In this document: piece by piece, positions 13,125-25,340 of the stretch
How the letters are laid out: each line of letters begins with the position of its first letter
How positions within the stretch are numbered: the first letter of the stretch is position 1
DNA from: Octopus bimaculoides
Taxonomy: Eukaryota
Length of the DNA: 64,000 nucleotides
NCBI RefSeq assembly: GCF_001194135.2
Contig: NC_068986.1
Location: forward strand, 52,140,833 to 52,204,832
Reading direction: 5' to 3'
Made by a program: the position numbers and the translations under genes
Notes under the pieces: generated by a model
Told to the model about the DNA's origin: nothing
Database searches by the model: none
What the model saw: the letters and a program-made list of their open reading frames with translations, nothing else

Positions 13125-13703
13125 AACTAATGAGATATTGATGTTGAAACTATTGAAGAAAAACAGCTGAAATATTCATGCTTGTTTTTTGTTATCACAA
13201 TCGATGGACGTCCTTTCTTTCGTATTTGGAATGTCGATAATAAAAGCGTGAAAACACCAAGGAAAATCAACACCGAGACCAAAATCCAATTCATCGAAAA
13301 CTATCTGAAATTCGTACTGTTGTATTACAACCTCACTGCATATACAATTATTAAAGACAAGCCACAAAGCTTTATAGAAGAACAATGCAGTATGACATTA
13401 TTGGATGGAAGCTTTCATTCAAATGTCTCCTAACCAGAAATAAAAGAGACAAAGTAATACTAGTCTACGTATCTATTACAAATTATTTTGACACTCTGAA
13501 AATTGTCTTAAATGAAGTACAGTCTATTTCTTCATATTTAATTTTTAATCAGTGGGTTGGAAAAGAGATAGTACATCTGTCAGTACAGCAGACGTTTAAG
13601 GTCCCACAGGAACTATATAGGTTGATTCTTACTGCAGATAATGTCAATGGATTATTGCATTTTTAAACGTAATCAAGCTCTGGCCGAAAGTACCTATTTT
13701 TAA

Positions 13704-13748
<45 letters not shown>

Positions 13749-13766
13749 NNNNNNNNNNCATATACA

Positions 13767-13979
13767 CAGGGTGGTCCAAAAGCAGGTTTACAGTTATTCA
13801 ACTATCTCTTTTGCATTCATATATTAACAGTTTAGATCTTAATTATAAAACAAAATATGAAACCTATATTCTATGTGAATTTAGTTAATTGTAAGATAGA
13901 AATTTAAATGTAATAAAATGTTTTAAAGAAATTTAAAGTGCCTACGTGATAACAGTAAACCTGCTTTTGGGCCACCGTG
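13767..13979. mobile_element. MITE with 29-bp TIRs (Tc1/mariner-like termini)
   Basis: CAGGGTGGTCCAAAAGCAGGTTTACAGTT versus reverse complement of right end CACGGTGGCCCAAAAGCAGGTTTACTGTT (3 mismatches); AT-rich interior; sits next to (TA)n. Confidence 0.8.
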
Positions 13980-14009
13980 CATCTATATAGATAATAGACT
14001 CTCCCGTCG

Positions 14010-14280
14010 AAGACAACATATAAGCGTTCAGCTTTTACCGAACAATGTGCACAAATAATTTGTTTATAATAATGAAATGTTCGGCACGAACATTAGCTCA
14101 CTCTCACCATCAAATCGACTTTGCCTGAATAGGTTCAAGGTTTGCCATGCGTCAAGTGTCGATGGGATCGCAGAGCAATGTGAGATGAAGTGTTTTTCTC
14201 AAGAACACAACGCGCTATCCGATCTAGGAATTGAAATCACGATCGCTAGAGCAACACCCTAACCACTAAGCCATACTCCC
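14010..14280 (-). mobile_element. SINE family C (tRNA head plus CORE-like domain)
   Basis: gcaatgtgagatgaagtgtttttctcaagaacacaacgc..caacaccctaaccactaagcc is the reverse complement of the core of the 15065 copy. Confidence 0.7.
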
Positions 14281-14444
14281 GCAATATAAATACACACACG
14301 CACACTAGCAATGCACTCCGGGGTTGCCCGGGTGCTGTGACCTACAACCACATTGTATTATTTCTTAGTTTCTAGTGGGCGGAATCGGTACACGAGAAGT
14401 ATGAAGCAAACAACTCTTCGTTATAAACATGTTTTCGATCATTT

Positions 14445-14610
14445 TATGATGGACAACTCTGCAGTTTCCGTCTACCAAATTCAGTCAAAAGACTGTGATT
14501 GACCTAGAGCTATAGTAAAATACACTTGCCCAAGGTACCAGGCAGAGTGACTGAACATGGAACCATGTGAATGGGAAGCAAGCTTCTCAATCACACAGGC
14601 ATTCTGGCAC
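14445..14610 (-). mobile_element. SINE family A, 5' half
   Basis: gtttccgtctaccaaattc..acacttgcccaaggtacc..gactgaacatggaaccatgtg. Confidence 0.75.
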
Positions 14611-15064
14611 CTAATACGTGTGTGTGTTTACATTTGTTGTTAAATCGAGTATTGTGCTCCACTATGTCAAAGTTAGCAGTTCATCAAGCAGAGATCTATA
14701 AAATTAATGTCAGATTGAAATACGTATCGAGGTGAGTATGATCAATTAAATTTTTGAAGGAGCTACACCATCATGGTAACAGTCGAAAGACTAAACCCAA
14801 TAAAATAATGTTTAAAGACTTACTGGCTTCAAATTTAAGGTACATATGAACACACACACACACACACACATACACACACACAAGCACAAACACACACACA
14901 CACACAAATCCTGTTTTATATAATAAGATATATATATGTGTATATATATGTATGAATATGTATATATATATGTATGTGTATGTGTATGTATGGATATTTG
15001 CATGTATGCATGTAAGTGTGTGTGTTTATCTTAGTGTGTGTGCGTGCGTGTGTTTCTGAAGGTA

Positions 15065-15354
15065 CGTGGCCGTCTGAATAGGGTGTTGCACTGACAATCG
15101 CGAAATCGTGGGTTTGATTCACGAACCAAGAAGTGTGTTTTGTTCTTGAGCAAAACACTTCATTTTATGTTACTCTACTCCACTCATCTGCAAATGGGTA
15201 ACCTTTCGACGAAACTAGTCTTCTGGTCAGAAGGAAATTGGCCTGCTCGCCTAGCCACTGAGGTGGCATCATTCGACGGCTAAAACGATGCAAAGTGCAT
15301 TGCGATCAGCGATGCATAACAACAAACGATAGTCTCACCGATCACGTGATCACA

Positions 15355-15355
<1 letters not shown>
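15065..15355 (+). mobile_element. SINE family C
   Basis: agggtgttgcact..gtgggtttgattc (B-box-like), then tgttcttgagcaaaacacttcattt (CORE-like). Confidence 0.7.
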
Positions 15356-15416
<61 letters not shown>

Positions 15417-15639
15417 GCACACATAATTATTTTGCTCAGCCACGGTGATACTAATAAACAGATATTAGAACACTATATACGTTTGCTTTAGAGTAAAGTG
15501 TCAGGCGATTAATACCACTTAATGAATAAAAGAACAGGAATTATATAATTCACGATTACGATGAATCACCTTTATCACAATAAATGTGTTTATGTAACTA
15601 TTCTTCGGCATTATTGATATACATACATACATACATACT

Positions 15640-16000
15640 TACGGACTGTGTAACATACTGCCTAAATACCAATCTTGAGAAATTAGGCTTCTCAAAACCA
15701 GAAAGGAGAAAGCTAATTCGGAGACTAAAGATCCAATCAACTACTGGAAATGTAAAAATCTGTAAAACTTTCCAGAAGTTTATCATTTAAATATATATGA
15801 GCATGTCTGGATAAGCAACTATATGCATGAGAATACATACAGAAAACAAAACATACAAATCTGCATATATACATACATACATACATACAAAAATAACCTG
15901 TTGTTGATGTTGAAATTCCAATGAAGAAGCCTTGGATCTAGGTTAGAAACCGGTTCTTTCTCTATTGGAAAGAAATCTTGAAATAAAACTGAACAATGAC
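15640..16000 (+). mobile_element. 3' end of another RLE-type non-LTR element (CRE/R4-like), in an (ATAC)n context
   Basis: LNTNLEKLGFSKPERRKLIRRLKIQSTTGNVKICKTFQKFII* resembles RLE LINE C-termini. A UTR-like tract follows, with (ATAC)n on the left and inside. Confidence 0.5.
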
Positions 16001-16784
16001 ATATATGCATGTATGAGTGTGTATACATATACATATTTATCGATATATGCATACATACATGTAAGCATATATGTATGACTATATCGATGTATTCATATAC
16101 TTGGTCAATTCAAACGGGAACGGTAAAATCGATTCAACTTAAAGCATTTTCGTACGTATTTGCGGAGGATGTTTAATTTTCGACGTTTGCCATTACGTCG
16201 TTTATATTTAGTTAAAACAGCTTTTGTGAATATCACCGTGTCTAGATGAGACTACTATGCCATCCACTTCACACAGAACACCGAAACTATAGGTAATTTT
16301 AAACCTGCTCTGAAGCTTTGGCGAGAGAGGTATCTTTACTAGTGCCTTTAATTCTATAAATACGGTAATTTGTTTAGACATATCTGATGGAGTCATGTCG
16401 ACAGTAAAGTAAAGTATGACTTGAAAACAATGTTTATAGGTAAGGTCAAAGTTTTGAATTTCTAAAGCTTTTATAGAAAAGTACTAAAGAAATCAACGTC
16501 AACCGATGATACTGAAGTTTATAACATCGGTAGCTAGTGCTGTTGGAATAACAATTAGATACTTTATGGAATAAGGATTTCAACGTGTTAACGTTGACTT
16601 GACCTGTAACATACTCATATATACGCAAATGGGAAGCATACTCGCACACGCTCACACACACACACACACACACACACACNNNNNNNNNNATATATATATA
16701 TATATATATATATATCTACACACACACATATATATTTACTTATGTTTATACACAATCACGTGATTTTGTTTTAGTTCGTCTACA

Positions 16785-17150
16785 AAAAGGAAATGTGTTC
16801 GATTCACTAAACTGATGCATTGGAAGTGTGTATATATTCTAACTTGCTAGAGATAAACAGTGATAAAACCTCAAAGTGCTCTTTCATGTGTCGGTTCTTT
16901 GGCAGACTTTACACATCAGTGAGTATACGTTCTGCCGAAACGCCAGTGGCATTATGTAGTCTTGATTTGTATCATATAAATTAATACTCAAAATACACAC
17001 GCTCATATGTGGGCGATATATGGGTGTGACATCTTTGAATGTAACATATGATACTCTATCTCAAAAAGAATTATCTCCTGTGATTATCTTCAGTCTATTT
17101 ACTATTACCTTAGTTTACCTTTTGGTGGACATCGCCGCGAAATAAATCAT
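16785..17150. repeat. Unclassified dispersed repeat family E, copy 1
   Basis: Colinear with 26770-27130 (gtgttcgatt..aagtgtgtatatattct..gagataaacagtgataaaa..tctttgaat.taacatatgatac..tctcaaaaagaattatc). Confidence 0.8.
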
Positions 17151-17289
17151 GTGTTTATGATTCGTGTCAAGAATTGTCTTTTTAATTGCGGGCATCTCAT
17201 GATTATACGTCCAGCTCTCTCTCTCTCTCTCTCTGTGTCTCTCTTTCTCTGTCTCTGTCTGTCTGTCTCTCTCTCTCTCTCCATATATA

Positions 17290-18830
17290 TATGTGGAAAA
17301 TGGAGTAAAGCAGGGAGACCTTGATGCACCCACCCTCTTTGCAATATACTTTGCCGTTGTGGTGTCACATTCCTTTCAAAACTCTGAGGAGGGTATCTAC
17401 ATAAAATATCGAACAACGGGGAATGTTTTTAATTTGACCCGACTGAAGTTTAAAACGAAGGTTTTTACTTCACTTATTAGGGAAATTTTGTATGCTGACG
17501 ATTGCGATCTGGTTAGTNNNNNNNNNNNNNNNNNNNNNNNNNNNNNNNNNNNNNNNNNNNNNNNNNNNNNNNNNNNNNNNNNNNNNNNNNNNNNNNNNNN
17601 NNNNNNNNNNNNNNNNNNNNNNNNNNNNNNNNNNNNNNNNNNNNNNNNNNNNNNNNNNNNNNNNNNNNNNNNNNNNNNNNNNNNNNNNNNNNNNNNNNNN
17701 NNNNNNNNNNNNNNNNNNNNNNNNNNNNNNNNNNNNNNNNNNNNNNNNNNNNNNNNNNNNNNNNNNNNNNNNNNNNNNNNNNNNNNNNNNNNNNNNNNNN
17801 NNNNNNNNNNNNNNNNNNNNNNNNNNNNNNNNNNNNNNNNNNNNNNNNNNNNNNNNNNNNNNNNNNNNNNNNNNNNNNNNNNNNNNNNNNNNNNNNNNNN
17901 NNNNNNNNNNNNNNNNNNNNNNNNNNNNNNNNNNNNNNNNNNNNNNNNNNNNNNNNNNNNNNNNNNNNNNNNNNNNNNNNNNNNNNNNNNNNNNNNNNNN
18001 NNNNNNNNNNNNNNNNNNNNNNNNNNNNNNNNNNNNNNNNNNNNNNNNNNNNNNNNNNNNNNNNNNNNNNNNNNNNNNNNNNNNNNNNNNNNNNNNNNNN
18101 NNNNNNNNNNNNNNNNNNNNNNNNNNNNNNNNNNNNNNNNNNNNNNNNNNNNNNNNNNNNNNNNNNNNNNNNNNNNNNNNNNNNNNNNNNNNNNNNNNNN
18201 NNNNNNNNNNNNNNNNNNNNNNNNNNNNNNNNNNNNNNNNNNNNNNNNNNNNNNNNNNNNNNNNNNNNNNNNNNNNNNNNNNNNNNNNNNNNNNNNNNNN
18301 NNNNNNNNNNNNNNNNNNNNNNNNNNNNNNNNNNNNNNNNNNNNNNNNNNNNNNNNNNNNNNNNNNNNNNNNNNNNNNNNNNNNNNNNNNNNNNNNNNNN
18401 NNNNNNNNNNNNNNNNNNNNNNNNNNNNNNNNGAGTGGAGTGAAAGCATTTGAAGAGGCCAGGATGATGCAAGCAGGGCTCAAGAGACATTTAAGGAAAA
18501 AGGTGAAGACTGAGAAGGTGAATGACAAGGACCTTTTTGTGTGCACAGTCTGTGACAGACCATGTCTGTCCTTGGCTGGCCTCAAATCTCACCTGCGAAC
18601 CCATGGAAAACAAACCTCACCCAGCTATTCTGATTATATGTCTGTGCACACGTTTGAATGTGGTGTGTGCCAGAGGGTTTGCAAATCCAATGGGGGTCTT
18701 AAAAGACATGTTAGGATCCACAATGAGCAGAACTTACTTGCAGGTATTGGTAGTGCAAATCAGAGGTGCAATCTGTGTGGGTTTTTTTCAACTAGGTGCA
18801 GGAGGTGGTCAAACTCTGTTTAAGGAGTAG
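17290..18830 (+). mobile_element. RTE-clade LINE fragment: RT core, gap (17518-18431), C-terminus with C2H2 zinc fingers
   Basis: GVKQGDLDAPTLFAIYF..YRTTGNVFNLTRL..ILYADDCDLV is typical RTE RT. After the gap: FEEARM..KRHLRK, FVCTVCDRPCLSLAGLKSHLRTH, FECGVCQRVCKSNGGLKRHVRIH and a partial RCNLCG. Confidence 0.85.
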
Positions 18831-18839
18831 ACAACCACC

Positions 18840-18870
<31 letters not shown>

Positions 18871-19089
18871 AAGGATAGGAGGAATTTTCGTCAAGGTGAC
18901 TCAAACTTATAGGTATGCGTTCTCTGTGCTCAGATAGGCGCACCATAAATATTCCAGTTTGAGCTGCAGTTGAAATTGCAGATATATGATTGTCTTGTTC
19001 AAAACACCTAGAAGTGGCTTCCCTTTGAGGCAGTAGGTATAGGTTAAAGTAGTGAGGAAGGAGAAACAATTAGGCAAGATTTGACAAGA

Positions 19090-19900
19090 ATATTTAATTT
19101 AATTTAATTTAATTTAGTTTAGCTACTTAACAAACGGTAAAAAAAAATAGTCTCTGACAGCCGCTTCTGGGATATCACAGCTATTGGAACATCATGTTGG
19201 ATGAAAACTTCGTAAGTTGGGTGTCTCGTCATCGGAGAGATATACGCTAGACAGTGGAAGAAAGCACCTCATCAATGATAGATGTTGTGGTTCATTACGT
19301 CGTAGAGAGAGGAGAGGTTCAGTTAAATCCAGTTAGATCGGATCATCCTTAGGTAAATCCATGATCAGAAAGGAAGGTTAGATAGTACTCCATGGTGAGA
19401 GAAAAGAATGATTATACAGTACTTTGTTGCAAGGGAAGATGAATGCTAGCAGTAATAAAGTTGTACAAATACCGCGAGGAAGAATAAATAACACAGTCTG
19501 ATATGAGAAAGATAGATAAGAGCTTTGTACTAGATATATGCTATTCAATATTGTGAAGGGGTATTCCGTCCAGAGAAATTAGTAGGTGGAATAAATAATA
19601 TACTCTGGTGTAAGGAAGATAGGTAGAGCTTTGTACTAGATATATACTAACCAGTACAGTGAGGTGCATTCCTGCCGAGGAAAATTAAAGAGAACGAGTG
19701 CAAAGGCGAGTAAAGAGTATTCTTATCAAAAGGAACTAGGGTAACAAACTGTAAAGAGAGACACGTAAGGGGAAAATAATAAAGCAGATGCTAGACTAAC
19801 ATGTCTGAGTACCAATGAGTGGTGAGATGTGTAGGTAATGAAGCAGTCGTATAAAAAGATAAAAGACGTCGTCTGTAGAGGGTGGTCAAATTTTACTAGA
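19090..19900 (-). mobile_element. Decayed member of the hammerhead-motif (PLE-terminus-like) repeat family, with purine-rich body and ~106-bp internal tandem repeat
   Basis: Minus strand 19197-19148 reads ..UGAUG..GAUAUCCCA GAAG CGGCUG UC AGAG, matching the 54.7-kb motif. gagctttgtactagatatat is repeated at ~19520 and ~19626. Confidence 0.5.
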
Positions 19901-20179
19901 CGGAAAACCTAGTTGTGTTGAAGCTAGAAATACATACCAACTAACAAACAAAAGATTTAAGAGTTGCGGTTTAAAAATTAAGGTTAAAATATATTATAAA
20001 ATAAGAATAACTAAAATTAATTAATAATAAAGTTAACATTTAAAATAAAATTAAGATTACACGCAAACACACACACACGCGCAAGCACGCACACACACAC
20101 AAGACAAGCATATACCACAGCACAGTATTTAAGATCAGTGTATACTGCAACACAGAATCCCGGAGTTTGTAACGCTTAT

Positions 20180-20567
20180 TGTTGTTGTTGTTGTTGTTGG
20201 TACTCCGTCGCTTACGACGTCAAGGGTTCCAGTTGATCCGATCAACGGAACAGCCTGCTCGTGAAATTAACGTGCAAGTGGCTGAGCACTCCACAGACAC
20301 GTGTACCCTTAACGTAGTTCTCGGGGATATTCAGCAGACAGTGTGACAAGGCTGACCCTTTGAATTACAGGCACAACAGAAACAGGAAGTAAGAGTGAGA
20401 GAAAGTTGTGGTGAAAGAGTACAGCAGAGTTCGCCACCATCCCCTGTCGGAGTCTCGTGGAGCTTTAGGTGTTTTCACTCAATAAACAACGCCCGCTCTG
20501 GGAATCGAAACCGCAATCCTATGACCGCGAGTGCGCTGCACTAACCACCGGGCCATTGCGCTTCCAC
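20180..20567 (-). mobile_element. tRNA-derived SINE with (CAA)n tail and 12-bp TSD
   Basis: TGTAACGCTTAT at 20168-20179 and 20568-20579; A/B-box-like head (tggttag..ggtttcgattccc); near-identical to 36702-37079. Confidence 0.92.
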
Positions 20568-21999
20568 TGTAACGCTTATACGAGTGAGTGAAATATATGT
20601 AAGGTACATCTGTACGCAAACGTCTTTATTCTCTAGTAATTATAGTAACATAAGAACAAATTAATACATTCATATTTCTGAACATCTTGGCAATTTATGC
20701 TCGACATAATGATCAGTATGTGCGTAACCAACGCAATTCCAGAAAAGTACATAGATATCAAACATAACAGATATTCCCGTAACGATAAATTAATATATTT
20801 AATAACACATACAGTCTGTGAGATTAAAAGAAAGCATTACCATTATTTATATTGAATATTATTCGTGTTGTTTAATTATAATAGTTATAGTCTATGTAAC
20901 TTTCGCTGTTGCATCTGTTGTTGTCACTGGCATCGGAATCTGTGAGTTGTGTGTCTGTTATTAAAGTGCATGTGTACTGCTCTTTATTTATCTCTGGCAT
21001 AAACACCGGTCTAATTAAAGATAGAAATTTGACTTCACTGGTCAAGCACTTTCATTATTTATTAATCATGAATAATATTTATTTATAACTTACTAATGGC
21101 ATTCAAGTCTATATTTAATCTTAAACGCGCGCACACACATACAGAAGGCCATATACATACACACACGGTCAAACACATGCACGCACATACACACAGACAC
21201 ACATACACACACAAACACACGAACACACACATACACACAGGCATTTCATATATACCTATATTGCAATAATATAACGCAAGGATGGAAAATATCAAGCTTT
21301 AATATCAAATCACAACATTTGTTTCTGCAGCGGACACCAGCTTATAGTTGTTGGGTTTACATTTATATATGATTACATGAGATTATTCTCTAAAATTAAA
21401 ATATAATGCAATATCTTTGAGCAACAGCTATATGTGGGTGCTTCCTTGAGTGGAATACGATCAAGCACTGTCGGATTTTTTCAAGTTCTTCAGATATACC
21501 ATGTCCGTTACTCTCCACCTATCATTTTACGACATTCGAGCGACACATGTTGCTGTAGTGATGCAAAAGCAAATAAAAAATAACATCACAGTAGTAGTAC
21601 CAGCAACATTAACAATAACAGAATAAAGGTATTTTTAATTATACTGACAGTGATAATAATGATAATAACAAAACCAAAACTATTTAAGTGATAGTGATAA
21701 TAAAACAAAAATAAAATAAACCCGAAGTTGGCTTTTACCAAGTAGTAGAAAAGTGTGTGAATGGGTTAAAATAAAATAGATTCATAATGGATTGTTAATG
21801 CTATCTTTTTTTTTACGAGCCAAGCTGTCTAATATCTTTATACTTTCCGGCCGTCTGTCTTCAAGTGACCTCTGTAAATTCCACTGGCTGTTCTTTATTA
21901 AATTACAGACATGCTTTTCTATATCTTTTATATTTATTTGTTTAAAACTTTTCCTTATACTATTAAAGCTGGTGTCCGATGCAGAAGCAAATGTGCTTC

Positions 22000-22800
22000 G
22001 CTATTAAAGCCTGGGGGAGAGTACGAAGGCAATCAAATCATAAGTTCTGTTAAGGAATTGTAGTGTTATGCAGGATTAATTTATCTAGTATAGTGGGAAA
22101 ATGTAAGGTATCTAAAACAGATACGAATATGTTATATGGGATAGTGCAGACCACTTGAAATATTAGGATATGTCTGCCTGGAGAGGAAATATCTTGTAGT
22201 AATAATAGTGTACTATTTATCATTAAGGATCTCAAAGAAAGAGGGGGTTATATAATAAACTACACCTAGTACCGAGTTTGAGGAAATATTAGATTGGATG
22301 TCAAAGAAATTCAGCAGTAGAGAGTTATCTAATGATTAGCAATTTGGAATGTTATACAGGTAACGTTGTTATTATTTAATTAGATAGTATAATCACCATT
22401 GTGTGAATCAGGTTATGCAACTCTGGACAATAGTCGCTGGTAAGAGGTTTGGATAATGCGTTCCATCTATTTTCTAACAAGCGCAGCACAAATAATTGTA
22501 TCTTGGTATAGAAAAGAACTGGCTAGCAGACTGCTACATCTAGGTATCGCTAAAGCATAATACTGGGTACACCACAAATAGGTTTAGTTCTTTCAATATA
22601 GCATACGATGCCGCTATAGTATAGTAAAAGTAGTTAGGAAGTAATGGTAAAGAAGATCGAGACTAGAAGGACATAGGCGATTAAGTAGGGAGTAAATTTG
22701 ATTGGCCCTATGCTAGGAGCTATTATAGAGGTTATTTAATATCCTTAAAATACTTAAAGATGCGGGTAGCCTTATGTATACAGGAAAGACGAAGTTCTAG
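22000..22800 (+). mobile_element. Heavily decayed putative PLE RT/thumb fragment
   Basis: Only weak motif echoes (LDWMSKKF; LGIEKNWLADCYI*VSLKHNTG; YP*NT*RCG*PYVY); adjacent to a clear PLE. Confidence 0.35.
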
Positions 22801-23699
22801 TTTATTATTTATTAGATTTTCACTATTTGATCTCTTTAAAATTTCAAACAACTCCATGCAGCAAAGCCTTTAAACGTATTTGCTGTTTAAGTACGGTTTA
22901 GTGACCTTAATGATATCCCATCTCAAATGTCCCAAATCTTCGTGTTAGAGAAATTTTGCCTGCCCTATATTTTAATTTAAAGGGGAGAATAGTAGTTATG
23001 TAAGCGTTGCTTGAGATTTACAGAGCAGCCAATATAAGTATAAGTATTTGTCTCTGTCACAAAATTACATGTGTAAACTACATTTACTGCTAGAGATCGA
23101 CCAGAAAGTGAACATGACATTTTGTCTAAAAAATTGCACCCAATATTTTCCAAGACATGAAATTTATTATTACGGGGATGCGATCCTACTTTGTTATGGC
23201 GTAATAGTTCAAGCTCGCGAGGGTTACCGGTGTTTGTACGGTTCTTACTGCGATTTATATTACTAGGATCAGTACTATTATAATTAGTTGCCAAGCCCAG
23301 GGTCGGGGAATGTGGGTACTGAGCATTGTCGTAAGAGATTTGGCTTTCAGATGCTGACAACAGAGGGACGGGGTGGATGGTATAATGGAAACATTTCCAG
23401 CAAAAGTGTTAGTTGTCTGTGTGTTGAACATATCGACAACATGAATGGAAGTAGGTGGACGGTCCTTACAGTTAATAGAGAGAGTGTTTGGGCTGTAGGG
23501 AGTGGTATGGTGTTAGCTTAAGCTGGTGGAATGAGCACCCCTGTCACCATTAGTTGTTGTTGCAGAGTTGTTACTGCTGCTATCACTTGCAGTGGCAGGC
23601 TAACTGATGCCAGTATATCTACTAATTGGCAGGACATGCTCACTGATGATATTGGTGTGTACAGTATTAGTGTCGGTTGAGATAGCAGTGATTGGACGA

Positions 23700-23708
23700 A
23701 TATTGTTA

Positions 23709-23785
<77 letters not shown>

Positions 23786-23830
23786 GTTGTTGTTGTTGTT
23801 GTTGTTATTGTTGTTGTTGTTGTTGTTGTT
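23700..23830. repeat. (TTA)n/(TTG)n compound microsatellite, in frame as poly-Asn in the PLE ORF
   Basis: Direct reading; ORF 23600-24370 stays open through it. Confidence 0.95.
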
Positions 23831-24392
23831 TTTATTCCTACTGCAATTTTTATTAGGAGCTGTGATGTTAGGGGTATTATTAATTCTCCAGGCCACGGAT
23901 ATATGTTTCTTATTCAGGCCAGTAGTTATTGTACGTAGATTGGGGAGGGTTAAGTAGGAGACCCTAAAGTTTCTATGAGAGCATAAACGGTAATATTTGT
24001 GTGAAGGCGGGAAATTGCGCTTCCGTATGCTAAATAATCTTCTACACATATTACTATTTCTTATGCAATTTAACGGAGAGCTAAACCATGTTACGTCACG
24101 TTTATTCCCGTCTTTACCTTTATGTTTTCTATACTTCTGATCACTATAATTAGTTTGGGGTTTCTGTGAAGAACTTCTATTTTTATTTTGGTGTTTGTGT
24201 GAAGAAATTGTGTTTTTATTTATATCTTTATGTATTGTTGCCGATATGGTCACTGTCTCTATAGGTACCTTAGTTACTAATTGCCCTATCAATAACCCCA
24301 CTTGATCCGAGATCATTGCGCGTAGTGCATATTCCCTGGACAGTACCGACAACCCAATATTGACAATCAAGTTTATTATTATTATTATTATT

Positions 24393-25055
24393 GTTCAGTA
24401 GTTTTATTTTTATAACGTGCTTTCACTTTACTACCGAGCGCAGCTCTGTGCGCCTTGGGTATGTGCTGTGGATTGCTGTGGTGCTTTTATGTTTACTGTA
24501 TTGAAAGTGTTTTGCGTAGAATGTGTGCAGTACCCAGTAGTGCAATTTTCTGTATGTTATATATATTTGTAAGTCCTAGTGTTTTTGTTATGTATTTGTC
24601 TGAATATTTTTTTATTATACCTAAGGCACCTACTATAATAGGAATTGTTTCTGTTTTTAGATTCCACATTCGAGTTACCTCTATTTCCAGGTCTTTGTAT
24701 TTTGAAAGTTTTTCCATTTCTTTTAGAGAGACGTTGTCATCTGCTGGTATACATAAATCAATTAGAAAGCATTTTTTTTCTTCGTGATCTTTCACAACTA
24801 TATCTGGTCTATTTGCCTTAATTTCTCTATCTGTGTGTATTGGCATATCCCAGAGAATGGTTGCTTTCTCGTTTTCTGTTACCTTTTCTGGCGTGTGTTT
24901 ATACCATCTTTTTTCTGTCGTTATTCCATAGTGTGGGCATAGCTTCCAGTGTATATAGGTCCCAGTTCTGTCGTGTCTGTGAATATATTCCTTCTTAGCC
25001 AGGACTGGGCAGCCAGAGATAATATGATTTATTGTTTCTTGTCACCTCCACAAAT

Positions 25056-25056
<1 letters not shown>
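24393..25056 (-). mobile_element. R4/Dong-like LINE family A, 5'-truncated at the CCHC knuckle, 3' end on (TAA)n
   Basis: ICG..ETINHIISGCPVLAKKEYIHRHDR..WYKHTPEKVTENEKATILWDMPIHTDREIKANRPDIVV..KYKDLEIE..LRKTLSIQ*; (TTA)n at 24373-24392. Confidence 0.92.
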
Positions 25057-25092
<36 letters not shown>

Positions 25093-25340
25093 CGTTGCTG
25101 TTGTTGTTGTTGTTGTTGTCGTTGTTGTTGTTGTCGTTGTTGTTGTTGTTTCTCTTTATCACAGGTCTTGTTGGAGCTCCTGGAGTCTTGAATGCGTAGC
25201 GGCCTTGCCACCTGCAATTATGGTATCGTGCTATCCATTTTTTCCGCTATCTAATACTTTCCTGATTATTCTGGCCGTGCCAAGGAGGCAAACGTTTTGT
25301 AGCTGTTCTACTGAGCTTTCTAATACCAATACCCCCATTT
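25056..25340 (-). mobile_element. 3' tip of a further RLE LINE family with (CAA)n tail
   Basis: EQLQNVCLLGTARIIRKVLDSGKNG*, then a short UTR, then (CAA/CAG)n at 25150-25056. Confidence 0.65.

Noticed and set aside
20490-20567. tRNA-like sequences here and at 36702-36775 and 31509-31580
   Set aside because: They are SINE heads continuing into SINE bodies (TSDs at the first two loci); no complete cloverleaf.
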